Part shown: piece by piece, positions 10,184 through 18,949 of the stretch
Numbering within the stretch: position 1 is the first letter of the stretch
Layout of the letters: each line of letters starts with the position of its first letter
Origin: Acidobacteriota bacterium
GTDB taxonomy: Bacteria; Acidobacteriota; Polarisedimenticolia; Polarisedimenticolales; DASRJG01
Reading direction: 5' to 3'
Assembly: GCA_041500265.1 (NCBI GenBank)
Contig: JBGQLU010000003.1
Span: 1-59,082, forward strand
DNA: 59,082 nucleotides
Notes under the pieces: generated by a model
Database searches by the model: none
The model's input: the letters and a program-made list of their open reading frames with translations, nothing else
Told to the model about the DNA's origin: nothing
Position numbers and translations under genes: made by a program

Positions 10184-10202
10184 CCGTTTGAGCCTCAAAC
10201 GG
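10184..10202. promoter_or_regulatory. Perfect inverted repeat CCGTTTGAG-C-CTCAAACGG
   Basis: 9-bp arms with a 1-nt spacer, upstream of the basic-protein promoter. The spacer is too short for an RNA hairpin loop, so it looks operator-like. Confidence 0.4.
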
Positions 10203-10566
10203 TCGGCTACCGGGGCTCGAACCAGGATTTCACGTCGAACGAAAAGGAGAGCTGGTGAGCCGCAGCTCGGGGGTGAACCGCCACCCGCTGCCGTCTTCGA
10301 GCGGGAGAAGACGTTGTGGCAGAAGCGAAGCGGATACACCGGGGTGGCGGCGCCGCTGACGCGCGCCCCTTCACGCGCTCCTCTGGCCATCGTCCGACTC
10401 CTCGTTGATCCCAACCCCGATCGCCCGTGCCAACGGACTCTATCGGTCCGAACTCTAGGTGCGGGCCTACCCGGAGCAAGGAGCGTCGGGAGGGGGTGGG
10501 GCGACGAGTTCTTCTGTCACAAGTGGTAAGCGTCTCGGAGCTTATTCGGGCTGTCTTGGATGGAGA

Positions 10567-12177
10567 TTACCTCCCTTTTCGCCGGTACACGAGCAACGCG
10601 TTCACGGCGGGGGCGGGGGGCGCCCCGACCTCCGTCCCCCAGGAATAACGCGTTTCGGAGAGCGAGCGGATCTCGGCGACGCCGACCAATTCGTAGTTCT
10701 TTCGGTACGTCCCTTCCCACCACTTGAAGACGGTGAGATCCGATCGGTCCCGAGGAAGCCACGAGGCGATGACCTGGGCGAGCACCACGTACTCCGGCGT
10801 CGCGGTCTCGATGTCGCGGATCATGTCCTCGGACATCGTGTGGGCATAGGGCTGGGGCTCCATCAGCGCATACGTGTAGATCTGCGAGGTCGCGGACCGG
10901 CGGCCCGAAAGAAAGTAGATCTCGGGTTCGGATCCGAGCACCGCCACCCGATCGCCGGCGGACGAATGGGTTCTGATGTAGTCGGAGACAACCTCGGCCT
11001 CGGGAAACGGGTTCACGCCGTACAGCGACCTCGACGCTCGCATCGGCGACAGCAAGCACCAAGCATCCCGGTCGCCGAACGCGCTCACCGCTAAGATGAG
11101 GACGTACGCGAGAGCCGACCACGCTCCTCTGTCGGTTCGCCGGACGACGGCGCTCGCCGCGCAGCCCGCGAGCAGGGAGACAGCGGGCACCATCAACCAG
11201 AAGTAGTGGGTCCTGAAGTAGAACCCTGGGCACGTCGTCAGGAACGACGCCGCAAGGAACCCCGTGAGCCCGGCGCGCACCGGCCGGAATCGTCGATCGA
11301 TCCACACGAGCGCGAGGCCGGCTGCAGCGAGAAACCACAGAAGGGGGTTACTTTCGAGAACGTAGGAGATCCCGACCCGCAGGAGATGCGGCGCTGCGGA
11401 AAGCGGGTTCTCTCCGACGTAGGCGCGCGCATACGTGATCGTCCAGAACCAGAACGGCGCGAAGACTCCCGCCCACCAGAGGATCAGGCCGGTGGCCGCG
11501 AACGGGAGCATGGCCCCGAAGACGTAGAGCGCGGGCATGCGCAGCCTCTTCGACCACGCTTCGGCCGAACCGCGAGCGCTCGCGGCCACAACGACCGCCG
11601 CTCCCCATAAGCCGAGAATCGCGGCCTGCTGCTTCATGAGGACGGCCAGGCCAAACATCGAGCCCGCGGCCATCATGCGGCCCGCGCCCGGGGATTCGGG
11701 TTCGGACCAGAGTAGGCAGAGACCTGTCGTCGCGAAAACCGCGGCGAAGTGGGTCGCGTGGGCCGCGAGGCCGCACATCGAGGTCGAGGCCGACAGGAAC
11801 GCGCAGGTCGTGGCCGCCACGACACCCGTCGTCTCGTCGATCAGCCGCCGGCCGAGACCATAGAGCAGCACCGAGGTCAGCGTGGTCACGAACAGCAGAC
11901 CCGCGTGAATCCCGGCGGGGCTCTGACCGAACACCGCCAAGACGAGGGCGTACGCCGCGTAGGTGCCCGGGAACTTCATGTTGCACGCGAGTTGGTACGG
12001 CGGAATCCCCTGGAGGATCAGCTGGCCGGAGTACGCGTACTCGCCTTCATCGCGCTCGAGCGGGAAGTGAAGCGTCCTGACGCGGACCGCGGCGATCAGG
12101 AGCAGCACGACGGCGACGAACGCGATGCCGCCGTGTCGCGTGAGCGGGCCTGGCGCGGCGTGAGATCTCGAGGACAC
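10567..12177 (-). CDS. GT-C fold glycosyltransferase (GT39/ArnT/PMT-like)
   Basis: ERDEGEYAY acidic loop after TM1, KFPG, MKQ, many TM helices and a periplasmic C-terminal domain. Confidence 0.85.
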   Translation of the reverse strand: MSSRSHAAPGPLTRHGGIAFVAVVLLLIAAVRVRTLHFPLERDEGEYAYSGQLILQGIPPYQLACNMKFPGTYAAYALVLAVFGQSPAGIHAGLLFVTTLTSVLLYGLGRRLIDETTGVVAATTCAFLSASTSMCGLAAHATHFAAVFATTGLCLLWSEPESPGAGRMMAAGSMFGLAVLMKQQAAILGLWGAAVVVAASARGSAEAWSKRLRMPALYVFGAMLPFAATGLILWWAGVFAPFWFWTITYARAYVGENPLSAAPHLLRVGISYVLESNPLLWFLAAAGLALVWIDRRFRPVRAGLTGFLAASFLTTCPGFYFRTHYFWLMVPAVSLLAGCAASAVVRRTDRGAWSALAYVLILAVSAFGDRDAWCLLSPMRASRSLYGVNPFPEAEVVSDYIRTHSSAGDRVAVLGSEPEIYFLSGRRSATSQIYTYALMEPQPYAHTMSEDMIRDIETATPEYVVLAQVIASWLPRDRSDLTVFKWWEGTYRKNYELVGVAEIRSLSETRYSWGTEVGAPPAPAVNALLVYRRKGR

Positions 12178-12201
12178 GGCCGATGATACGGCCGTCCGGC
12201 C

Positions 12202-12642
12202 CTACTGCTGGACCCCGACGGGATACCGCTGGAAGATGCCCCCGACGATGCAGATCTCGTCGTTGAAGTTCGAGGTCGTGCCCGCCGCGCAATTGTTTCC
12301 GGCGCCGTCCTTCCCGGGCGAGAAGACCGTGTACGCGTTGGCGGTCGAGTCGACCTGGTAGGGGTTCGACCAGCCGTCGGTCATCGGCATCAGCTTCATG
12401 TAGACCGGCTGGATCGTGGCCTGAAGGGCGGCATTGGTCGCGGCGATCGGGTAGTTGACGTTCTCGACCGCGTACGACTCGATACCGGTGCTGATCGATC
12501 GCATGTCGGCCATCGTGCGCTTCTGCTTCCCCTTGTCGACCGCGTTCAGGAGGTTCGGAATGGCGATGGCGGCGATGATGCCGATGATCGCGACGACGAT
12601 CAGCAGCTCCACCAGCGTGAATCCCTTCGAGGACGTCTTCAC
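12202..12642 (-). CDS. Type IV pilin/GspG-like pseudopilin with prepilin cleavage site
   Basis: KG|FTLVELLIVVAIIGIIAAIAIP N-methylation motif; DGWSNPY and SPGKDG GspG-type C-terminal motifs; AGGAGAGG RBS. Confidence 0.92.
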   Translation of the reverse strand: MKTSSKGFTLVELLIVVAIIGIIAAIAIPNLLNAVDKGKQKRTMADMRSISTGIESYAVENVNYPIAATNAALQATIQPVYMKLMPMTDGWSNPYQVDSTANAYTVFSPGKDGAGNNCAAGTTSNFNDEICIVGGIFQRYPVGVQQ

Positions 12643-12699
12643 GGGGTCCTCTCCTTTCCGCCGTGCCGTTCGCGGCCTCCGGTGCCCCTCGCTCACGCT

Positions 12700-12714
12700 T
12701 CAATCGACGTGCCA
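12700..12714 (-). promoter_or_regulatory. Near-consensus sigma54 promoter upstream of the pilin gene
   Basis: TGGCAC-GTCGA-TTGA on the minus strand (consensus TGGCAC-N5-TTGC, with the -12 C replaced by A), about 58 nt before the start. Confidence 0.45.
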
Positions 12715-12864
12715 TGGCCAGAAGCGGCGAAACGGCGTCGTTTCGGCCCTTCCGGAGGACGTGCGTTTGCACTCGCTCCGGCCTCCGGTGACGCGGAGCG
12801 TCGGTCGGCTCGTGGCGGGCGAGCGGCGCCCCCGCCCTACAATGCCGCCGCTCCCGGAGGCCGC

Positions 12865-13809
12865 TTGGACGCCAGGACGACGACGTGGATCGAGGTGTCG
12901 CGCTCCGGGACGCGGAGGCGGGCGGAGGAGCACGCCCTCGTGCTCGAGGCGCTGGACATCCCGAGCGGAATCGCCAACGCCGGCGGGGAATTCGTGATCA
13001 TCGTGCGGCTCGAGGACGCCGTCCGCGCGCGCGCCGAGATCGACAAGTTCGACCGCGAGAACCTGGGCTGGCCGCCGCCGTCCGAGCCGCCGCAGCCGTC
13101 GATCTGGCGGGGGGTAAACGCGGCCGCCGTCTACGCCGGCCTCCTCCTGCTCGTGGACATCGCACGGCGCCGCGGGAGCTTGGGGCTCGACTGGTGGCAC
13201 GCGGGTTACGCCGACGCGCGGTTGATCCAACACGGCGAGTGGTGGCGCAGCTTGACGGCGCTCTGCCTGCACGCCGACCTGCTCCACCTGGCCGGCAACC
13301 TGCTCTTCGGCGTGCTCTTCGGCGTGATGCTCGCGCAGAGCATCGGGATCGGCCTCGCCTGGCTCGGGTTCGTCGTCACCGGGGGCTTCGGGAACTGGGT
13401 GAACGCGTGGCTGCAGGCTCCGTCGCACACCTCGGTGGGCGCCTCGACGGCGGTGTTCGGAATGCTGGGTATCCAGGTGGCGTCCGACTGGCTGCGCCGG
13501 CGAGAGCGGCATTACAACCTGTTCCGACGTTGGGCGCCGATCGCGATGGGGGTCGCGCTTCTCGCCTGGCTCGGAGGGGGCGGGCGTCCGGTCGATCCGA
13601 ACGACGCGCGGCGGACCTTCGACTTGGACGTGCCGATCCAGCGGATCGACGTCCTCGCGCACGTGCTGGGGTTCGGCGCCGGAGCTTGCCTCGGAGCGTT
13701 GCTCGGATGGCGACGGGAGCCGCTCGCATGGAGCGCGACGACGCAGACCGCGTTGGCGCTGACCGCCCTGGGCCTCGTGGCCGCGGCCTGGCTCGCGGCC
13801 TTCCGTTGA
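12865..13809 (+). CDS. Rhomboid family intramembrane serine protease
   Basis: GEWWR, LHADLLHLAGN, catalytic GAS, DVLAH..GF. TACAAT and GGAGG precede TTG 12865. Confidence 0.92.
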   Translation: MDARTTTWIEVSRSGTRRRAEEHALVLEALDIPSGIANAGGEFVIIVRLEDAVRARAEIDKFDRENLGWPPPSEPPQPSIWRGVNAAAVYAGLLLLVDIARRRGSLGLDWWHAGYADARLIQHGEWWRSLTALCLHADLLHLAGNLLFGVLFGVMLAQSIGIGLAWLGFVVTGGFGNWVNAWLQAPSHTSVGASTAVFGMLGIQVASDWLRRRERHYNLFRRWAPIAMGVALLAWLGGGGRPVDPNDARRTFDLDVPIQRIDVLAHVLGFGAGACLGALLGWRREPLAWSATTQTALALTALGLVAAAWLAAFR

Positions 13810-14774
13810 GCGACGCGCGCGCCGCTTCGCCCCGTACCCCGCTGGTCACGATCGTGCTCTTGGCCGCGGCGGCTCTTTCGGTCGCCTCGGTCCTCGTGTG
13901 GCAGGCGATCACCGCTCACGGCGCTCCCGACCCCGGCGCGCGGGGCCTCAATCCGACCGCGGTCGTCTTGAGCAGCGCGGTCCTCGTCTTTCGAGAGGGG
14001 CTCGAGGCGATTCTCGTGCTCGCGGCCGTCACCGCGGGGCTGTCGCGCAGCAAGAAGGGATTCGAACGCGGCGTCGCCGTGGGGTCCGGGCTCGCTTTGC
14101 TCGCGACCGTCGCCACCTGGTTCCTGGTCGTCGCGCTCATCTCCGAGGTCAACGCCTCCGAGCTTCACGTTCAGGCGGTCACCGGCCTTCTGGCGATCGC
14201 GGTGCTGCTCGTCGTGATGAACTGGTTCTTCCACAAGGTTTACTGGACCGGCTGGATCGCCCATCACGACAAGCGCCGGCGCCGCCTCTTGGAGACGCCG
14301 GAGCTCTCGGGCCCGCGCGCGTTTTGGGGCCTCGCCCTCCTCGGATTCACCGCGATCTACCGCGAGGGTTTCGAGGTGGTGCTCTTTCTCCAGAACCTCA
14401 GGCTCAAGGCCGGCACGCCCATCGTGATGGGGGGGATGGCGATCGGGCTCCTTCTGACGATGATCGTCGCAGCGCTCACGTTCATCGCGCACCGCCACCT
14501 CCCCTACAAGAAGATGCTGATCCTCACGGGCGTCCTCCTGGCGGGGGTCCTGGTCGTGATGGTCGGCGAGAGCGCCCAGGAGATGCAGCAAGCGGGATGG
14601 CTCACGACGACGCCGCTCGCTCTCCCGGTGCCCGCGTGGCTCGGCGTGTGGTTCGCGGTCTTTCCGACGGCCGAGAGCCTCATCGCGCAGGCCGCGGCGG
14701 TCGTTCTCGTGATGGGCTCCTACCTCTCGGCCGAGTACGCCCGCAAGCGCAGGGTCCGAGCAACGACCGGTTGA
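13806..14774 (+). CDS. FTR1 family iron permease
   Basis: Two REGxE motifs (REGLE, REGFE), MNWFFHKVYW, several TM helices. TTGA coupling to the rhomboid stop. Confidence 0.9.
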   Translation: MSDARAASPRTPLVTIVLLAAAALSVASVLVWQAITAHGAPDPGARGLNPTAVVLSSAVLVFREGLEAILVLAAVTAGLSRSKKGFERGVAVGSGLALLATVATWFLVVALISEVNASELHVQAVTGLLAIAVLLVVMNWFFHKVYWTGWIAHHDKRRRRLLETPELSGPRAFWGLALLGFTAIYREGFEVVLFLQNLRLKAGTPIVMGGMAIGLLLTMIVAALTFIAHRHLPYKKMLILTGVLLAGVLVVMVGESAQEMQQAGWLTTTPLALPVPAWLGVWFAVFPTAESLIAQAAAVVLVMGSYLSAEYARKRRVRATTG

Positions 14775-14845
14775 ACGGACGATTGTCCTGCGAGGGGTAG
14801 CGGCGTAAGCTTCCCCTTGGCTATTCAGCCCAAGGAGGGAATCCG

Positions 14846-15067
14846 ATGAAGAAACTGTTTTCCGCCTGTCTGATCGCGTTCGCCGTTGCCGCCGCTCTCG
14901 CGGGAAGCGTCACCCTGCTCACCGTGACGTCGACCCCCGCGATGGCCAAGTGCGGGATCTGCCCCCACTACTGTATCGGGGTCACCTGCGACAACGGCAA
15001 GACCTATTGCAACTCGTGCCTCGCCGCATGCGCGGGCGCACACAACTGCGTGACCACAGGATTCTGA
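14846..15067 (+). CDS. Small secreted Kazal-like Cys-rich protein
   Basis: Signal peptide then CGICPHYCIGVTCDNGKTYCNSCLAACAGAHNC (GxTYxNxC Kazal core); AAGGAGGG RBS. Confidence 0.8.
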   Translation: MKKLFSACLIAFAVAAALAGSVTLLTVTSTPAMAKCGICPHYCIGVTCDNGKTYCNSCLAACAGAHNCVTTGF

Positions 15068-15122
15068 GGCTCGACCGACCGATTCCAGCGTGGGCGCGTC
15101 CGGCCCTCGGATGCGCTCACGG

Positions 15123-15139
15123 CTGACATTCCCTGTCAG
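15123..15139. promoter_or_regulatory. Inverted repeat CTGACA-N5-TGTCAG, candidate activator (UAS) site
   Basis: Lies about 95 nt upstream of the sigma54 motif at 15232. Confidence 0.45.
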
Positions 15140-15231
15140 TCGAAACTCCCCGGGGGCCGAAGAATCCGCGCACAGGGGACCGGATCCTGACGGATCCCCT
15201 TCTGGCGCCTCAATTTTATCGCTCTAGCGCC

Positions 15232-15246
15232 TGGCACCGATGCTGC
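15232..15246 (+). promoter_or_regulatory. sigma54 -24/-12 promoter for the PAP2 gene
   Basis: TGGCAC-CGATG-CTGC with GG-N10-GC spacing, 37 nt before ATG 15284. Confidence 0.6.
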
Positions 15247-15283
15247 TCCACTCTCACCTCGGGGGTGGAGGGCGGAAACCGGG

Positions 15284-16138
15284 ATGCTTGCGCTCGACAC
15301 CTCGATCGTCACGTTCTTGAACCGATTCGCCGGTCACTCCCCCACGTTCGACCAGTTCGTTTGGCTGGCGGCGAACAACTACATCCTGAAGACCGGCGTC
15401 ATCACCGCGCTGCTCCTCGGGACGTGGTTTCGAAGGAACGAGGGGCGCGACGATCACCGCGCGACGATGATCTTCGGTCTCGTGGCGTCGTCTTCGGCGC
15501 TGCTGTTCGCTCGGCTCCTCGCCGTCGCCGTTCCGTTTCGCGAGAGGCCGCTTCGCAACCCGGACCTTCACTTCGTGCTCCCCGCTTCGACGAGCACGCA
15601 CACGCTCATCGGCTGGAGCGCGTTCCCGAGCGACACGGCCACTCTCTTCTTCGGCGTGGCGGCTTGCCTCTTCCTCGTCTCGCGGCGGGCCGGACTCCTG
15701 GCCTTCGGACACACGGTTCTCGTCGTCGGCCTCGCGCGGGTCTACCTCGGCATCCACTATCCCACCGACATCCTGGCCGGCGCCTTGCTCGGAATCGGCG
15801 CGGTTTCGCTGATCCACGTCCCGGGCCTGAAGGCCGCCCTCACTCGCGCGCCGATGCGTTGGCTTCGCGACCGCCCTCAGGCCTCCCAGACGGCGTTGTG
15901 TCTCCTGATCTTCCTCGTCGGGACGACCTTCGAGCCGGCGTACCAGCTCGGCCAGTTCGTCGTGGGGGTGGCGAAGCCGGCGATCACCGTCCTCGAGGCC
16001 GGCCGGCATGAGGGAATCGCGCTTCTGCTCGCGGGCCTGGTCCTTGCCGCCGGCGGCGGGGCGGTCGTCGTCCACCGCCTTCGCCGCGCGCGTCGAGATC
16101 CGATGCTCTGGCCCCCGCGGCACACGCCGCATGCCTGA
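15284..16138 (+). CDS. PAP2 family phosphatase (undecaprenyl-PP phosphatase-like)
   Basis: RERP, AFPSD (His of the usual PSGH motif absent), ARVYLGIHYPTDIL; multiple TMs. Confidence 0.85.
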   Translation: MLALDTSIVTFLNRFAGHSPTFDQFVWLAANNYILKTGVITALLLGTWFRRNEGRDDHRATMIFGLVASSSALLFARLLAVAVPFRERPLRNPDLHFVLPASTSTHTLIGWSAFPSDTATLFFGVAACLFLVSRRAGLLAFGHTVLVVGLARVYLGIHYPTDILAGALLGIGAVSLIHVPGLKAALTRAPMRWLRDRPQASQTALCLLIFLVGTTFEPAYQLGQFVVGVAKPAITVLEAGRHEGIALLLAGLVLAAGGGAVVVHRLRRARRDPMLWPPRHTPHA

Positions 16139-16181
16139 CGCCTGCGATACCGAGGTCGCCTCTCGGTAGTAGACTCCCGCC

Positions 16182-17210
16182 GTGATCGAACCGGCATCTC
16201 GGGCGGACCGCGTCGCCCCCGGCCCGCGCTATCTCGCCGCGATCGACGTCGCACGCCTGGCCGCGGAAAGCTCCGATCCCGTGCTCGCGGTCGTTCTCGT
16301 CGGTCTGCCCGCGATCGACGCGTCGCCGTGGCTCACCGCGAACGTGCCCTGCCCGTCGCTCCGGAGCGGACTCGCGGAAGTCTGGCCGGCATCGGGTCCG
16401 GTTTCGCGCGTCGATGTCGATGGCGCCCTTGCGGCCTGCGACGGGACCTCGTTGTTCGTCACGCTCGAGGCGGCGGGAGCCGGCGCCGAAATCGATCGTC
16501 TGGCGTTCGACACCTACCGGCGTCTCCTCCGCGACCTTGAACGGACCGGCTATCCCCATCTCCTCCGGGCCTGGAATTTCGTTCCCGCGATCCACGTCCG
16601 CCACGAGGGTCTCGACCGGTACAAGCGGTTTTGCAAGGGACGGTCCGAGGCGTTCGCCGCGCATCACGGAGACTTGCTCCCGTCGCGGCTTCCCGCGGCG
16701 AGCGCCGTCGGCTCTCCGGGAAGCGCTCTCGTCGTTCACGCGCTCGCCTCTCGCGAGCCCGGCCGCCACGTCGAAAACCCGCGGCAAGTCAGCGCGTACC
16801 GGTATCCGGAGCGATACGGGCCCAAGAGTCCGACGTTCGCGCGCGCGACGGTGGCCCCGCGGTCGGCGGGAGGCGCGCTCTTCGTTTCCGGGACCGCGTC
16901 CATCGTCGGACACGAGAGCGTCCATCCCGGGGACCCCGCCCGTCAGACCGAGGAAACGCTCACGAACATCGCGTCGGTCCTCGACTCGGCGGGCATCCCC
17001 GGCATGGGCGGGCCGCTCGGCCCACGTCTCGACTCGCTCCGCGTGTACGCCCGGCGCCCGGGCGATCTCGACGTCATCCGTTCGGTCGTGTCGAGCGTGA
17101 CCGGCGGCAGCGTCCCGTCGGCCTGGCTCCAAGCGGACATCTGCCGGAACGATCTCCTCGTCGAGATCGAGGCGATCGCCCGATCCGAGGAGTCGGCTTA
17201 CGGCGTGTAG
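16182..17210 (+). CDS. FkbO/Hyg5/XanB2-family chorismatase-like protein
   Basis: LLRAWNF, RYKRFCKGR, PAASAVG, ENPRQVSAYRYP..YGP.SPTFARA, SGTASIVGHES, ADICR.DLLVEIEA. Confidence 0.88.
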   Translation: MIEPASRADRVAPGPRYLAAIDVARLAAESSDPVLAVVLVGLPAIDASPWLTANVPCPSLRSGLAEVWPASGPVSRVDVDGALAACDGTSLFVTLEAAGAGAEIDRLAFDTYRRLLRDLERTGYPHLLRAWNFVPAIHVRHEGLDRYKRFCKGRSEAFAAHHGDLLPSRLPAASAVGSPGSALVVHALASREPGRHVENPRQVSAYRYPERYGPKSPTFARATVAPRSAGGALFVSGTASIVGHESVHPGDPARQTEETLTNIASVLDSAGIPGMGGPLGPRLDSLRVYARRPGDLDVIRSVVSSVTGGSVPSAWLQADICRNDLLVEIEAIARSEESAYGV

Positions 17211-18157
17211 GTCCAGGTGTCCGGGAACGCGCGGATGCCGTTCCACCCGCCGAAGAGGATGATCTGCCCCGTGGGCGGGAAGAAGACCATCGAGTGGTAC
17301 CCACGAGCGGACGGAGCAGTCGTCGTCGCGACGGGCGCCCAGTTGGAGCCGTCCCAGGACCACATGTCGGCGACGTAAGCGCCGGCGACGCCGCCGAAGA
17401 GGATCACGCGGCCCGCGGCGGGGCTGAACGCCGCCGCCGAGCCGAAGCGCGGATCGGGTTGAACGGCGGGGTTCTGGAGATTCCAGTTCGTTCCGTCCCA
17501 GGCCCACGTGTCGCAGGCGTTGATGGCGGCGAGCCCACAGAACATCACCGCGTTGTTCCGGATCGGGTCGAACGCCGCGAACGTCGTGGAACGCGCGCCC
17601 GGCACGCCGGCCGGATCGAGCTGCACCCAGTCGGTGCCCGTCCATTGCCAGGTCTCGTTGCTGTAGAACTGACCCTCGGTTCCTCCGTACACGATCGCGT
17701 GGCCGGTCAGCGGGTCGGTGAAGACGATCGCCCCGGTCCCGGCCGGCGGCGACGACTGCGGGTGTGCTTGCGCCCACGTCCCCTTCGCGCCGTCGAACAG
17801 CCAGGTGTCGCCGAAGTGGTTCTTCCCGTCGAATCCACCGAACAGCACCAGCTGCTTCGTGATCTCGTCGTAGGCCATGCCCGCCCCGGTGCGCTTGGAC
17901 GGCGCGGCCTTCGTGTTGAGCTTCGACCACGCGGTCCCGTTGAACACCCATGTGTCGGCCAGGTAGCCGAGCTTGTTGTCCCCTCCGAAGATGACCATCT
18001 TCGCGCTCACGGGGTCGTACGCCGCGGCATGCCCCGATCGCGAGGTCGGGAACGTGCGCGTGAGAACCAGATTCCACCCGGCTTGCGCGGCGGAATGCGC
18101 TCCCGCGGTCAGAAGAAGTGCGGCCGTGGCGGCCGCCGCGAACGCGAATCGACGCAT
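17198..18157 (-). CDS. Secreted Kelch-repeat beta-propeller protein
   Basis: Signal peptide and six repeats of R..H..AYD......LFGG......DTW.W.G..W; AGGAG RBS. Confidence 0.9.
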   Translation of the reverse strand: MRRFAFAAAATAALLLTAGAHSAAQAGWNLVLTRTFPTSRSGHAAAYDPVSAKMVIFGGDNKLGYLADTWVFNGTAWSKLNTKAAPSKRTGAGMAYDEITKQLVLFGGFDGKNHFGDTWLFDGAKGTWAQAHPQSSPPAGTGAIVFTDPLTGHAIVYGGTEGQFYSNETWQWTGTDWVQLDPAGVPGARSTTFAAFDPIRNNAVMFCGLAAINACDTWAWDGTNWNLQNPAVQPDPRFGSAAAFSPAAGRVILFGGVAGAYVADMWSWDGSNWAPVATTTAPSARGYHSMVFFPPTGQIILFGGWNGIRAFPDTWTYTP

Positions 18158-18189
18158 GGCTCGGTCTCCTTTCCTCGAGGCGCCTCCGT

Positions 18190-18861
18190 TCAGGGCGTCT
18201 TCGAGCCGGGAAACTCCCGGATTCGATGTTGATGGACCCGTGTGTTCGGACCCCCGGTGTCCTGATACGAACACGGCGGCGCGCCGCCGATCGGGGCCCC
18301 GCGGCGGCGCGGAGAGAACACAGCGGAGTCGCGTGCCGCCTGCGCCTTCGCATGGGATCGTGACATGCGGATCTCCTCCATCCAGATTTCCTTGCCGTCC
18401 TCGTACCAGGTCCACCGCGTCGTGACGTGATCGTCGTCCACGAAACGGAACGTCGCCGCGTCCATGTGACCCTGGTCGCGCGAGGGGAGGTTCGTGGCGT
18501 CGAGGAACGTGAAGGCTACGAATTTGACATCGTCGTCGACCTCGGTCGCGACGAGCCGCGGCTGATTCCGGGCAACACAGTAGTGCGTCAAGAGAAGGCG
18601 GTCGCCATCCGGCACGAAGGCGGTCACCATCGTCTCTCCGGGATGGGCTCCGAACGAGGTTTCGATCACGGCCGACCCCCCGGCGATCGCCTGGAACGTG
18701 ACCCGCTCGGTCCAGCCTTTCGAGCTGACCCCCTCCCAAGAGCCCTCCAGCGCCTTGAATCGGGCAAAAGCGGCCAAGGCGTCCGCCGGAGACACGGTCG
18801 GAGGCGGAACGGAGACGGCAGAGGCGACGAACAACGCGGCGGCGAGCGTGCGCTGGGTCAT
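18190..18861 (-). CDS. Secreted hypothetical protein with THYC..NQPR motif
   Basis: Signal peptide; KALEGSW, GGSAVIE, LLLTHYCVARNQPRL, GHM. Divergent from the ECF gene. The last ~55 aa look low-quality. Confidence 0.75.
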   Translation of the reverse strand: MTQRTLAAALFVASAVSVPPPTVSPADALAAFARFKALEGSWEGVSSKGWTERVTFQAIAGGSAVIETSFGAHPGETMVTAFVPDGDRLLLTHYCVARNQPRLVATEVDDDVKFVAFTFLDATNLPSRDQGHMDAATFRFVDDDHVTTRWTWYEDGKEIWMEEIRMSRSHAKAQAARDSAVFSPRRRGAPIGGAPPCSYQDTGGPNTRVHQHRIREFPGSKTP

Positions 18862-18883
18862 GAGGTCCCCCTTACGATCTTGA

Positions 18884-18937
18884 GTGCGCTTCGATCCGCG
18901 TCGCGTTGCATGCAACCCTGCGACCCCGACGGACCAC
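18884..18937. promoter_or_regulatory. Back-to-back ECF-type promoters sharing the palindrome GTTGCATGCAAC (18905-18916)
   Basis: Plus strand TGCAAC-N17-CCAC; minus strand TGCAAC-N17-GCAC. Confidence 0.6.
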
Positions 18938-18949
18938 AAAGGAAGCGAG

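Noticed and set aside
10207-10374. Possible 55-aa minus-strand ORF with a GAGGAG RBS and a QLSFSF clamp-motif-like tail
   Set aside because: Low-complexity sequence with atypical codon usage, and an alternative frame is equally plausible; not supportable without homologues.
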